64,000 bases of DNA from Candidatus Omnitrophota bacterium (GTDB lineage Bacteria > Omnitrophota > Gorgyraeia > Gygaellales > Profunditerraquicolaceae): contig JBAZKC010000002.1 in NCBI GenBank assembly GCA_041651035.1, positions 120,697 through 184,696 of the forward strand, in the 5' to 3' direction. Positions 47,701-56,413 of the stretch are shown here, one piece after another. Both the position numbers and the translations under genes were made by a program. How positions within the stretch are numbered: position 1 is the stretch's first letter; each line of letters opens with the position of its first letter. A model generated the notes under the pieces. The model saw only the letters and a program-made list of their open reading frames with translations. It had not been told where the DNA came from and ran no database searches.

Positions 47701-48001
47701 TCGTTTTCTTCCCTCGGGGGGATACTTTAATAAAAGTGCGGAAGCCCTGGGAGGAAGCCATCTGCCAGGCTTTGTTGGCAGGAAAAAATTCTAATATGGA
47801 GTGATCCTTGTCTTTTATACCGAAACTGGATATGGCTTGCCCGCGGTTAACGTAGAATACCCACATGGGTATGCCGTATTTACCGGCGATACCGGGGAAA
47901 AAGTTGGCGAATGGCTTAGAAGAGTTGTAGTTCTCTATAACGAACTCTCCCTCTTCGTTAAGGTAATATTTTGGTTTCTTATCTTTTGGATTTTTAACCA
48001 T
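44714..48001 (-). CDS. Large cytoplasmic GH94-like glycoside phosphorylase-family protein of 1095 aa, possibly 1,2-beta-oligoglucan/cellobiose phosphorylase-like
   Basis: The N-terminal pattern EFVIENYNSSKPFANFFPG...GFRTFIKV resembles the GH94 N-terminal domain (E[YF]VI..P..W.NY.G...YFYI). The size is similar to ~1080-aa GH94 oligoglucan phosphorylases. Recalled by pattern only. Confidence 0.4.
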   Translation of the reverse strand: MVKNPKDKKPKYYLNEEGEFVIENYNSSKPFANFFPGIAGKYGIPMWVFYVNRGQAISSFGIKDKDHSILEFFPANKAWQMASSQGFRTFIKVSPRGKKTIFYEPFQNGSVNSGFNIANSMRVSSSGLTLEEDNISLGLKVKVEYFNIPNDSYAGLARIVTIKNSGRSAKKIQLLDGLPQIVPYGVNNFFLKKMSRTIEAWMNVENLDKGAPFYKLDVDPSDRPEVIHIKEGNFYLGFLPGPEKPKIIKPIVDPQCIFGPPADFSLPHEFLAANNFRYPKEQITKSKTPCAFLLFNFELSDCEEKVFCSVAGSMSSVEMLNTSLNKITAAGYLARKKEENKNIISGIESDIATVSSSRHFDLYAKQTYLDNVMRGGYPLTLSDSVFYLYSRKHGDLERDYNKFQLQPAYFSQGNGNYRDMNQNRRSDAWFNPGIKDENLIYFFNLLQADGFNPLIIKGTSFKLKEGTDLRILLKGLAGEEDILKIASFLDKLDAPPDKSAPQDKRYLTGFTPGELIFFIEENKIKLNAAYDEFIGLLISNSLKLQEAEHGEGFWTDHWAYNLDLLDSFLSLYPEKYREIFFDKRVFTFYDNIETVKPRQEKYLLRYGKVRQLHSLVSDNAKKEMIRKRTTQAHVVRTQYGLGEIYQTTLINKLLCLLATKLASLDPFGCGIEMEADKPNWFDALNGLPSLFGSSLCETFELKRLILLITRALGRADSGKVRVTEEIHNFLIGLNSLTKEYFNASQAADADYQYWDKSHSLKEGYNHKTRLGFSGKEIEMETNQLKDILNAALEKVNTGIDRSLDKKRNTYYAYFINEVVEYEPLKEPFVKPTKFIQKRLPFFLEGQMHALRLCKDINTARSLYRAIRLGELYDKKLKMYKVTAPLISQPEEIGRCRVFTPGWLENESIWLHMEYKYLLEILKQGLYKEFYEDFKNVLIPFQDPVQYGRSTLENSSFLVSSAFPDKHLHGNGFVARLSGSTAEFLEIWLTMNIGSCPFFLNEQGELNLKIEPLLAGWLFRKKEKTYTFNFLGKIQVTYYNSLRKDTFGKDKVTCKKILFNDAGGNPVEIPSNIIPAPYAQQIRSGQVNFIDIYLGK

Positions 48002-48160
48002 AATCTTCCCCGTTGATTAATTAAGTTATTTTACACATTCTACGGGTTTTGTCTATAAGAATTTAATCGAAGCGCAGAAATTCCCGGGATTTTGGATTGT
48101 GTTTGACTTTTCAGGCAGGGAATGTTAATATAACAAGTTAAATATAAGGGAGGAGCGGTT

Positions 48161-48448
48161 ATGGCGATAACCAAGGAAACTGTAGAATACGTGGCGCATT
48201 TAGCGCGTATGGAATTGGAACCCAAGGAGTTAGAGAAACTCTCCAGGCAGCTAGAGGGTATATTGGATTTTATTGATAAGCTAAAAGCAATAAATATAGA
48301 TAATATAGTTCCCACGAGCCATATCTTACCAGTCAGCAATGTATTAAGAGAGGATAACCTTAAAGAATCTTTGCCTCCCGAGAAAGCGTTAATGAATGCT
48401 CCTGCTCGTGAAGGCAATTTCTTTGCCGTCCCCAAGGTAATAGAATAA
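48161..48448 (+). CDS. gatC: Asp/Glu-tRNA(Asn/Gln) amidotransferase subunit C
   Basis: Family signature and position upstream of gatA. Confidence 0.85.
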   Translation: MAITKETVEYVAHLARMELEPKELEKLSRQLEGILDFIDKLKAINIDNIVPTSHILPVSNVLREDNLKESLPPEKALMNAPAREGNFFAVPKVIE

Positions 48449-48460
48449 CTAAATTACAAA

Positions 48461-49903
48461 ATGGAACTTTACAACTTAACCGCGCATGAACTCTTAGGGA
48501 AAATAAAGAATAAGGAAGTATCTCCTGAAGAGATATTTCTGGCGCTTAAAAAAAGAATTAAAGAAGTCGATTGTAAAGTCAGGGCCTATGTGCGGGCTGA
48601 TAAATCAGAGGAAAGAATTCGTGAATCCAAGAACCCGAAGACGGGTTTATTAGAAGGCATCCCCGTTTCTATCAAAGACAATATCTGCACTGACAACTGC
48701 AATACCGAATGTTGTTCCAGGATACTGGAAGGATTTAAGCCGCCGTACGACGCTACCGTGATCAAAAAGCTTAAAGAAGCAGGCGCGGTAATACTGGGTT
48801 TTAAAACCAATATGGATGAGTTTGCCTTCGGGTCTTCTACTGAGAATTCATTCTTTGGTTCCACGCGCAATCCCTGGGACCTGGAACGCGTGCCGGGAGG
48901 TTCATCAGGAGGTTCCGCGGCAGCAGTGGCAGCTAATGAAGCCATTTTAGCCTTAGGCTCTGATACTGGAGGCTCAATACGCCAGCCGGCTTCTTTTTGC
49001 GGAGTGGTGGGGCTTAAGCCAACGTATGGCAGGGTTTCCCGTTATGGCTTAATTGCTTTTGCCTCCAGCTTAGACCAAATTGGGCCTATTACTAAAGATG
49101 TGCGAGACAATGCCCTCCTTATGAATTGTATTTCCGGATATGATCCTATGGATTCTACGTCTGTAGACACAAATGTCCCTGATTATACCCAGGCATTAGT
49201 CAACGATATAAAAGGCATTAAAATAGGGATACCTGAAGAATATTTTGTCGCGGGGCTTGATCCTGAAGTAAGAAGCGTGCTGGAAGAGTCTATCCATAAA
49301 TTAAAAGCCCTGGGGGCTGATTTTAAAGAAATTTCTTTGCCGCATACTGAATACGCGGTTCCGGTTTATTATATTATCGCCACTGCCGAGGCCAGTTCTA
49401 ACCTGGCCAGGTTTGATGGTGTCCAGTATGGGCTTAGGGTAGACAAGACGCGTAATCTTATCGATATGTATAAGAATACGCGCGCGGAAGGATTCGGCGA
49501 AGAGGCAAAACGAAGGATAATCCTGGGGACGTTCGCGCTCTCTCATGGCTATTATGATGCCTATTATCTGCGCGCGTTAAAAGTCAGGACGCTTATAAAG
49601 CAGGATTTTGACGCGGCATTTAAAGAGCTTGACTGCATCCTTACCCCTACTTCTCCTACGCCGGCATTTAAGATCGGAGAAAAAACAGCAGACCCGTTAA
49701 AAATGTACCTTTCTGATATCTATACCATATCCGTTAACCTGGCGGGGATCCCGGCAATATCTGTTCCTTGCGGCTTTACTAAAAAAGGCCTGCCTGTGGG
49801 GTTACAGATCTTAGCCAGGCCCTTTGCCGAAGAAATGCTTTTCAGGGTTGCTCATACATATGAGCAGAATACCTGCTGGCACAAAATGGAACCGAAGATC
49901 TAA
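48461..49903 (+). CDS. gatA: Asp/Glu-tRNA(Asn/Gln) amidotransferase subunit A
   Basis: Amidase signature [13 protein letters not shown]. Confidence 0.95.
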   Translation: MELYNLTAHELLGKIKNKEVSPEEIFLALKKRIKEVDCKVRAYVRADKSEERIRESKNPKTGLLEGIPVSIKDNICTDNCNTECCSRILEGFKPPYDATVIKKLKEAGAVILGFKTNMDEFAFGSSTENSFFGSTRNPWDLERVPGGSSGGSAAAVAANEAILALGSDTGGSIRQPASFCGVVGLKPTYGRVSRYGLIAFASSLDQIGPITKDVRDNALLMNCISGYDPMDSTSVDTNVPDYTQALVNDIKGIKIGIPEEYFVAGLDPEVRSVLEESIHKLKALGADFKEISLPHTEYAVPVYYIIATAEASSNLARFDGVQYGLRVDKTRNLIDMYKNTRAEGFGEEAKRRIILGTFALSHGYYDAYYLRALKVRTLIKQDFDAAFKELDCILTPTSPTPAFKIGEKTADPLKMYLSDIYTISVNLAGIPAISVPCGFTKKGLPVGLQILARPFAEEMLFRVAHTYEQNTCWHKMEPKI

Positions 49904-49904
49904 G

Positions 49905-51344
49905 ATGGATTATGAAGTTGTCATAGGATTGGAAGTGCATTTACACCTGAATACCAGGACAAAGGCGTTCTGCGGATGTTCTACGGAATTCGGCAAAGAG
50001 CCGAACTCTGGAGCCTGCCCTGTCTGCCTTGGTTTTCCCGGGTCTTTGCCTGTTTTGAATAAAACTGCCCTGGATTACGCGATTAAAGTCGCCCTTGCCT
50101 TAAATTGTAAAGTGCAAGAGTATACCAAGTTCGACCGGAAAAATTATTTCTATCCGGACCTGCCCAAAGACTATCAGGTCTCGCAATATGACCTGCCTTT
50201 ATCCAGGGACGGTTTTCTGGATATTTATTTACCCGATGCCAGGGTCAAACGCGTGGGGATACATCGCGTGCATATGGAAGAAGACGCCGGTAAACTTATA
50301 CATAAAGACACAGTAAGCCTGGTAGATTTTAACCGGGCCGGCGTGCCATTGCTGGAGATAGTGAGTGAACCACAGATGAATTCCGCGCAGGAAGCTTACG
50401 AATACCTGACTGTTTTAAAAAGCATCATTCAATACTTAGACGTTTCTGATTGCGATATGGAAAAGGGGTCTTTACGCTGCGACGCCAATATTTCCTTAAG
50501 GAAAAAAGGGGCTTTAGAATTAGGCACTAAAACAGAATTGAAGAATATGAATTCTTTTAAGGCGATAAAAGAGGCGCTTGTTTTTGAAATAGAGCGGCAA
50601 GGCGGGCTGCTTGATTCCGGAAAACAGATCATCCAGGAAACAAGATTATGGGACCCCAAGGAATTAAAGACCATTTCGATGCGCACAAAAGAGGAAGCGA
50701 AGGATTACCGTTATTTTCCTGAGCCTGACCTGCCGCCGTTTATAATCAAACCCGATAAGATCAATGAGATTAAAAAGGCTATTCCGGAATTACCCAGAGA
50801 GAAAATGCTGCGTTTTATAAAAGATTACGGGATACCGGAATATGATGCCAAGATCCTGGTTTCTTCCAAAAAAGATGCTGATTTCGCTGAAAAATGCCTG
50901 AAAGAATTCCCTGATACAAATAAGAAGCCGGTTGCCAACTGGTTGATCGGGCCGTTGGCTGGGGCAGCAGGCAATAGGGCCTGCGCGATCTCTGAACTGC
51001 GGATCTCACCCGCCGACCTTATCGGATTGATCGATCTGGTAGAAAAGAAACAGGCTATCTCTAATCTTACCGGCAAGTCGGTATTAGAAGATATGCTTGA
51101 TACCGGGGAGCCGGCCCAGAAAATAATTACAGAAAAAAACTTGGCCCAGATCTCAGATTCCGGAAGCTTGAATTTAATTGTTGAAGAAACGATCAAGGAA
51201 AATCCCGCCTCAGTAAATGATTACAGGTGCGGAAAGGTTAATGCCCTGATGTTTTTAGTGGGCCAGGCAATGAAAAAGAGCCGGGGTAAGGCAAATCCTA
51301 AAGCAGTCCAGGAGATATTAAAGCGGAGGCTAGCTGATGCGTAG
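49905..51344 (+). CDS. gatB: Asp/Glu-tRNA(Asn/Gln) amidotransferase subunit B. The ORF track is over-extended; the start is at MDYEVVIGLEVH.
   Basis: GatB N-terminal motif VIGLEVHLHLNT and C-terminal YqeY-like domain. Confidence 0.9.
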   Translation: MDYEVVIGLEVHLHLNTRTKAFCGCSTEFGKEPNSGACPVCLGFPGSLPVLNKTALDYAIKVALALNCKVQEYTKFDRKNYFYPDLPKDYQVSQYDLPLSRDGFLDIYLPDARVKRVGIHRVHMEEDAGKLIHKDTVSLVDFNRAGVPLLEIVSEPQMNSAQEAYEYLTVLKSIIQYLDVSDCDMEKGSLRCDANISLRKKGALELGTKTELKNMNSFKAIKEALVFEIERQGGLLDSGKQIIQETRLWDPKELKTISMRTKEEAKDYRYFPEPDLPPFIIKPDKINEIKKAIPELPREKMLRFIKDYGIPEYDAKILVSSKKDADFAEKCLKEFPDTNKKPVANWLIGPLAGAAGNRACAISELRISPADLIGLIDLVEKKQAISNLTGKSVLEDMLDTGEPAQKIITEKNLAQISDSGSLNLIVEETIKENPASVNDYRCGKVNALMFLVGQAMKKSRGKANPKAVQEILKRRLADA

Positions 51345-52620
51345 AAAACTTATTATTATTTTAGCTTTATGCCTTGCCGGGGTAGCTGTCTTCTCGCTGG
51401 CAAATTCAGGCGTAGATAAAAAAAACAGGGACGCGTTGTACAGGCAGGTTGAGCTCTTTTCGGATTCATTAGCCATCGTGCAATCGGAATATGTCGATGA
51501 GGCAAAACCCAAAGACTTAATATACGGGGCATTAAAAGGAATGATCTCTTCTTTGGACCCGCATAGCCAATTTCTTGATCCGGATACGTATAACGAACTA
51601 AAGGTTGATACGGAAGGAAAATTCGGCGGTTTAGGCATAGAGATCACCATAAAAGACAGCCTTTTGACGGTAGTGACGCCCATAGAAGACACGCCTGCCT
51701 GGAGAGCGGGGATAAAAACCAACGACAGGATAGTTAAGATCAATAATGAACTGACCCGCGACATGACTCTTGCCGACGCGGTAAAGAAAATGAGGGGTAA
51801 GCCCGGAGAAGCGGTGAACATCTCTGTCTTAAGGGAATCGGAAAAGAAGATCCTGGAATTCAAGATCGTGCGGGATATTATTAAGATAAAGGATGTAAAA
51901 GAGGCGCGGATACTGGAAGACGGGATTGGATATATCCGCTTGGTTGAGTTTAGGGAAAATACCTCCCAGGATTTAAATACGGCTTTAGAAAAACTAAGCA
52001 AAGCCGGCATGAACGCCCTTATTTTGGATCTGCGTAATAATCCGGGAGGATTGTTGGATGTAGCGGTCAAGGTATCTGAAAAATTCATACCTAATGGCAA
52101 GTTGATTGTCTACACCAAAGGCAGGCAATCTTCTCAAAACCTGGAATTTTCCTCTCATTCGAATCATCCTATTATAAATATGCCCATGGCAGTGTTGATC
52201 AACGAGGGCTCTGCTTCGGGAAGCGAAATAGTCGCGGGCTGCCTCAAGGATTATAAGCGCGCCATAATCGTAGGTGCTAAGTCATTCGGCAAAGGCTCTA
52301 TACAGACAGTTATACCTTTAAGCGATGGTTCAGCGCTAAGGCTGACTACGAGTAAATACTTCACACCGCTCGGTCAGATAATACACAATAAGGGTGTCCA
52401 GCCGGATATCGTCGTGGAAGAACCCCAAAAGGAGATTACCGCGGGTCAGGAACAGAAAACAGGAAAACCGGAAGAAATATTCGAAGAAATAGAAAAAAAG
52501 GTGAGGGCGGGAAAGCCCAATAAACCCGACAAACCCTTTGATTATAAATCCGATAATCAACTTATGCGTGCCGTGGATATTCTAAAGGCCGCTAAATTCT
52601 ACAAAGATACTAAAAGCTAG
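51337..52620 (+). CDS. ctpA: Carboxyl-terminal processing protease (S41)
   Basis: PDZ domain and S41 catalytic region GSASGSEI...K. Confidence 0.85.
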   Translation: MRRKLIIILALCLAGVAVFSLANSGVDKKNRDALYRQVELFSDSLAIVQSEYVDEAKPKDLIYGALKGMISSLDPHSQFLDPDTYNELKVDTEGKFGGLGIEITIKDSLLTVVTPIEDTPAWRAGIKTNDRIVKINNELTRDMTLADAVKKMRGKPGEAVNISVLRESEKKILEFKIVRDIIKIKDVKEARILEDGIGYIRLVEFRENTSQDLNTALEKLSKAGMNALILDLRNNPGGLLDVAVKVSEKFIPNGKLIVYTKGRQSSQNLEFSSHSNHPIINMPMAVLINEGSASGSEIVAGCLKDYKRAIIVGAKSFGKGSIQTVIPLSDGSALRLTTSKYFTPLGQIIHNKGVQPDIVVEEPQKEITAGQEQKTGKPEEIFEEIEKKVRAGKPNKPDKPFDYKSDNQLMRAVDILKAAKFYKDTKS

Positions 52621-52629
52621 CGCGCCGTT

Positions 52630-53433
52630 ATGAAAAAAGACTCAAAATACAAGATCGCTGTAGGGATCCTGATACTTATCATTATTGTATTGGGATTTTT
52701 TCTCGTCTCTAAGCCTAAAAAAGCAGCCGTAAGGGTCCCTGCTGTTGTAAAAGGAAGGATCGCCATTATTATTGATGATTTAGGCTATAACTTGAATAAC
52801 CTGCGCGTATTAGAGCAGATCAGGCGCCCCTTGACCTGTTCGGTATTGCCGAATTTAGAGTATTCGCGCAGGGCTGCTGAAGAGCTGCACGCGCGGGGAT
52901 ATCACGTGATCCTGCATTTGCCGATGGAGCCACAGGAGAAATACGGGTTGGAAAAAAATACCATTTTAACCAGCATGGATGAAGAAACTATCAGAAGTAT
53001 CCTCAGGCAGGATCTATCCAGCATTGTTTATGCCGAAGGGGTTTCAAATCATATGGGTTCGCGTGCCACAGAAGACCCGGCCACGATGGAGGCGATATTT
53101 AAGGAATTAAAGAAGAGGCGCCTTTATTTTTTGGATAGCTATGTATCTTCCAAATCTGTTTGTTCTCAATTAGCCGCTAAAATAAGCCTGGGCTTTGCCA
53201 AAAGAGACGTGTTTTTGGATAATAAAAGCGAACCTGCTTATATAAAACAGCAGATCTATAAATTAAAATCCAGGGCCGGATTTTACGGCTATGCCATTGG
53301 CATTGGCCATGACCGGAAGGCCACTTTAGAGGTATTAAAAGAAATGATCCCGGAATTAGAAAAAGAGGGCTACAGGATGGTTTTTGTTTCAGACGTAATT
53401 AAACAGGGTGCTCCTAAGAGGTTGAAGAGATGA
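52630..53433 (+). CDS. Divergent polysaccharide deacetylase family protein (YibQ-like)
   Basis: RIAIIIDDLGYN...VLPNL...HLPMEP motifs. Confidence 0.7.
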   Translation: MKKDSKYKIAVGILILIIIVLGFFLVSKPKKAAVRVPAVVKGRIAIIIDDLGYNLNNLRVLEQIRRPLTCSVLPNLEYSRRAAEELHARGYHVILHLPMEPQEKYGLEKNTILTSMDEETIRSILRQDLSSIVYAEGVSNHMGSRATEDPATMEAIFKELKKRRLYFLDSYVSSKSVCSQLAAKISLGFAKRDVFLDNKSEPAYIKQQIYKLKSRAGFYGYAIGIGHDRKATLEVLKEMIPELEKEGYRMVFVSDVIKQGAPKRLKR

Positions 53434-54413
53434 ACGTATTGGGGATTGAAACATCTTGCGACGAAACTTCAGTATCGGTAGTAGAGAATGGCAGGAAAGT
53501 CCTTTCTAATAAGGTAAGCTCAAGCCTGGCATTTCATAAGAAATATGGCGGGGTTGTCCCGGAAATAGCTTCCCGCATGCAATTGGAAACGATAACAGAA
53601 GTAGCTGAGGCGGCCGTAAAAGAATCGGGGGTCACTTTAAAAGGTATCGGCATGGTCAGCGTTACCAGCGGCCCTGGCCTTTTAGGTTCTCTATTAACGG
53701 GGATATCATTTGCGAAGTCCGTAAGCCTGTCTTTAGGCGTCCCTTTGCTGGGAGTTAATCATGTTTACAGCCATATATACGCTAATTTTCTAAACAGGCA
53801 GGCTATAATGTTTCCTTTTGTAGCGTTGGTTGTATCAGGGGGGCATACGAGTTTATTCTGTGTAAAGGATTTTGATAAGATGGAAACCCTGGGAGAGGCT
53901 CGGGATGACGCCTGCGGGGAGGCGTTTGATAAAGTGGCTAAGATCTTAGGGCTGGGGTATCCGGGCGGCCCCATTATCGAGAAATTAGCCAAAGAAGGGG
54001 ATAGTAATAAAATAAAATTCCGTTGTTCAGGCACCGAAGGAGAATTGGATTTCAGTTTTAGTGGAATAAAAACCGCGGTATTATATTTAACTAAAGGCAG
54101 GCAATTAAGCCTCGCGGATAAAAAAGACATTGCCGCTTCTTTTCAGAAAGCAGTCGTAGATGCGCTTATTAGAAAGTCTTTATTGGCCTGTAAAATAAAA
54201 AAAGTAAACAAGATAGTTGTCGGCGGAGGGGTGGCGGCGAATAATAAATTAAGAGAAACGCTCCGGGAGGCGGCTAAAGACGCGGGCAGGGAATGTTACT
54301 TTCCTTCCAAAGAATTATGCATGGATAACGCGGCAATGGTAGCGGGGCTCGGCTATCAATTATTCAAGAAAGGTTTCAGGTCGGGTTTGGGCTTGACCGC
54401 CCAGTTAGACTAA
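53430..54413 (+). CDS. tsaD: tRNA N6-adenosine threonylcarbamoyltransferase
   Basis: MNVLGIETSCDETSV N-terminus; Kae1/TsaD family. Confidence 0.9.
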   Translation: MNVLGIETSCDETSVSVVENGRKVLSNKVSSSLAFHKKYGGVVPEIASRMQLETITEVAEAAVKESGVTLKGIGMVSVTSGPGLLGSLLTGISFAKSVSLSLGVPLLGVNHVYSHIYANFLNRQAIMFPFVALVVSGGHTSLFCVKDFDKMETLGEARDDACGEAFDKVAKILGLGYPGGPIIEKLAKEGDSNKIKFRCSGTEGELDFSFSGIKTAVLYLTKGRQLSLADKKDIAASFQKAVVDALIRKSLLACKIKKVNKIVVGGGVAANNKLRETLREAAKDAGRECYFPSKELCMDNAAMVAGLGYQLFKKGFRSGLGLTAQLD

Positions 54414-54448
54414 AATATACTTCGCCTTAAGGAAGATCGGAGGTAAAC

Positions 54449-54892
54449 ATGCTTACGGACAATCAGATAATCTTACGCTTAACGTTATCTGTGCTCTTAA
54501 GCGGGCTTATCGGCATTGAACGCCAATGGCACCGCCGCACCGCGGGACTGCGCACCCATATTCTGGTTTGTCTCGGGTCTTGCCTTATCATGTTGACATC
54601 GTTGTATCTTTTTGATATATATAAAGATCAGGTCCCTCTGGATCCCGCGCGTATCGCTGCCGGAGTCATTACCGGTATCGGCTTTCTGGGAGCAGGCGCG
54701 ATCATCAGGGCAAGAGAAGGCGTAAAAGGGCTTACTACTGCCGCCAGCCTTTGGGTGGTCGCCGGGATTGGTTTAGCCATAGGATGCGGATTCTGGAAAG
54801 CGGGAGTTTTTACTGCCATACTGTCTTTGGTTGTTCTTCTGTTTTTAGGGCACATAGAAACAAGGATGTTCGGCAAAGAAGAAAGGTGGTGA
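54449..54892 (+). CDS. mgtC: MgtC/SapB-family membrane protein
   Basis: RLTLSVLLSGLIGIERQWHRRTAGLRTH signature. Confidence 0.8.
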   Translation: MLTDNQIILRLTLSVLLSGLIGIERQWHRRTAGLRTHILVCLGSCLIMLTSLYLFDIYKDQVPLDPARIAAGVITGIGFLGAGAIIRAREGVKGLTTAASLWVVAGIGLAIGCGFWKAGVFTAILSLVVLLFLGHIETRMFGKEERW

Positions 54893-54896
54893 TACC

Positions 54897-55400
54897 ATGG
54901 CTTTTAAGAAGAAATCGGAAGAGAAGATTCTTGATGTTGATGCTGCGATGCAGGGAAGCCTGGTTTTTAAGGATCCGGTAAGCATACGTATCAACGGCAA
55001 ATTTGAAGGAGACCTGGAAACCAGGGGTAATTTAACCATCAGTGCTACGGCAATAGTAGTGGCCGATATTGTAGGCGACAATATCATTATCGGAGGCAAG
55101 GTCAAGGGAAGAGTGACTGCCAAAGAAAGGCTGACCCTTTTACCTACGGCGGTAGTTGAAGGCGATGTGTATCCGGCGAAATTGAATATTGCCGAAGGCG
55201 CTATACTGGAAGGCAACTGTTTGATGCTCCATGATTTCTTAAACCCTGAAGAACTGGCCAGATACCTGGAGGTAGATTTGAATTCTATTATGGAATGGGC
55301 TAATTCAGGCAAGATGCCGGGGAATAAAGAAGGGAGCAACTGGAAGTTTGAAAGAAAGGCTATTGATTCCTGGGTTGCCTCCGGCAAGATAGAAAAATAG
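54897..55400 (+). CDS. Bactofilin-domain protein fused to a C-terminal HTH_17 DNA-binding domain
   Basis: Bactofilin beta-helix repeats (RINGKFEGDLETRGNLTISATAIVVADIVGDNIIIGGKVKGRVTA...). The C-terminus NPEELARYLEVDLNSIMEWANSGKMPGNKEGSNWKFERKAIDSWV fits HTH_17. Confidence 0.65.
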   Translation: MAFKKKSEEKILDVDAAMQGSLVFKDPVSIRINGKFEGDLETRGNLTISATAIVVADIVGDNIIIGGKVKGRVTAKERLTLLPTAVVEGDVYPAKLNIAEGAILEGNCLMLHDFLNPEELARYLEVDLNSIMEWANSGKMPGNKEGSNWKFERKAIDSWVASGKIEK

Positions 55401-55427
55401 CTAATAGGCGGCTGATAAGATAAACTT

Positions 55428-55739
55428 ATGAGAGAAGAAAAACTTTTAACCGTAAGGGATGTTTCTTTGATTTTAGGCATTTCAGAAAAAGAGGTCTTAG
55501 ACTTAGCTGAAAGCGGAGCTATCCCCGCGTATAAGATCGGCGGGATATATTTAAGGTTCAAAAAGAATCAGGTACAGGAATACAAATCATCAGGCAAAGC
55601 CTCTTTACATAAAGCCGATACCCCTCTAAGATACCCGCTTAAAGACAAGCTAAGCGACTTCTGCTATTTTAATGATTTTTATATTTTAACCAGCCTGATA
55701 ATAATTTTACTGTTAGCCGTCATATTCTGGGGGTACTAA
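55428..55739 (+). CDS. HTH_17 DNA-binding protein with a C-terminal transmembrane helix
   Basis: HTH_17 region LTVRDVSLILGISEKEVLDLAESGAIPAYKIGGIYLRFKKNQVQEY. C-terminal transmembrane helix ILTSLIIILLLAVIFWGY. Confidence 0.6.
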   Translation: MREEKLLTVRDVSLILGISEKEVLDLAESGAIPAYKIGGIYLRFKKNQVQEYKSSGKASLHKADTPLRYPLKDKLSDFCYFNDFYILTSLIIILLLAVIFWGY

Positions 55740-55740
55740 G

Positions 55741-56409
55741 ATTTCTAATAAAGGTTTCTGCGACTTAGGCTTTGCCAAGGTCGATACAGACAGGCAAAAA
55801 CGTAAAGGGCAGGCAGAGGTAATATATTGCCCGGGTAAATCCAGGGAGCATCTTAAGAAAATATCCCTGGAATTACTAAAGAATAAACAGGATTTATTGC
55901 TTACCAGGTTAAGCAAGGATAACTTCGCGTATCTTAAGAAATTGATCCCCCGGTTAAAATATAACGTTTTGGCCCGGATAGGCTATTATTTACAAAGAAA
56001 AAAAGAGCTAAAGAAAGGCCTGGTTATAGTTATGTGCGCGGGGACATCGGATATACCCGTAGCTGAAGAGGCGTTTGTCACGTTAGAAATAATGGGTAAC
56101 CGCGCGATAAAACTTTACGACGTCGGAGTGGCAGGCGTACACCGCCTTATGAAGAATATGGACATGCTGAAAAAAGCGCATGTGGTTATTGTGGCCGCGG
56201 GGATGGAGGGGGCTTTAGCGAGTTTGGTAAGCGGGCTGGTAAGCTGCCCTGTGGTCGCGGTGCCTACGAGCTGCGGTTATGGCGCTAATTTCGGCGGACT
56301 CTCCGCGTTATTGACCATGCTTAACAGCTGCTCTCCGGGAGTAGCGACGGTAAATATCGATAACGGATTCGGCGCGGGGTATCTGGCGAGCCTGATCAAT
56401 AATAAATAA
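55741..56409 (+). CDS. larB: LarB-like protein (PurE/AIR-carboxylase fold, COG1691). The true start is unresolved: no ATG/GTG/TTG precedes the conserved N-terminal motif.
   Basis: In-frame translation from 55741 gives ISNKGFCDLGFAKVDTDRAKRKGQAEVIYCPGKSREHL, a LarB-type N-terminal motif. It is followed by the PurE-like core GLVIVMCAGTSDIPVAEEA...VVIVAAGMEGALASLVSG. The ORF track begins only at a TTG at 55897. An in-frame stop lies at 55714-55716. Confidence 0.6.
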   Translation: MSNKGFCDLGFAKVDTDRQKRKGQAEVIYCPGKSREHLKKISLELLKNKQDLLLTRLSKDNFAYLKKLIPRLKYNVLARIGYYLQRKKELKKGLVIVMCAGTSDIPVAEEAFVTLEIMGNRAIKLYDVGVAGVHRLMKNMDMLKKAHVVIVAAGMEGALASLVSGLVSCPVVAVPTSCGYGANFGGLSALLTMLNSCSPGVATVNIDNGFGAGYLASLINNK

Positions 56410-56413
56410 TACG

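Noticed and set aside
51330-52100. 256-aa minus-strand ORF
   Set aside because: It is antisense to ctpA, which has PDZ and S41 motifs. It has low-complexity composition and no start context.
54845-55561. 238-aa minus-strand ORF
   Set aside because: It overlaps mgtC, the bactofilin-HTH gene and the HTH-TM gene, all of which have clear domain signatures on the plus strand. It is a shadow ORF.
55897-56409. Start of the LarB-like gene at TTG 55897, as in the ORF track
   Set aside because: The conserved LarB-type N-terminal motif is encoded in-frame upstream (55741-55896), so 55897 is an artefact of requiring a canonical start codon.
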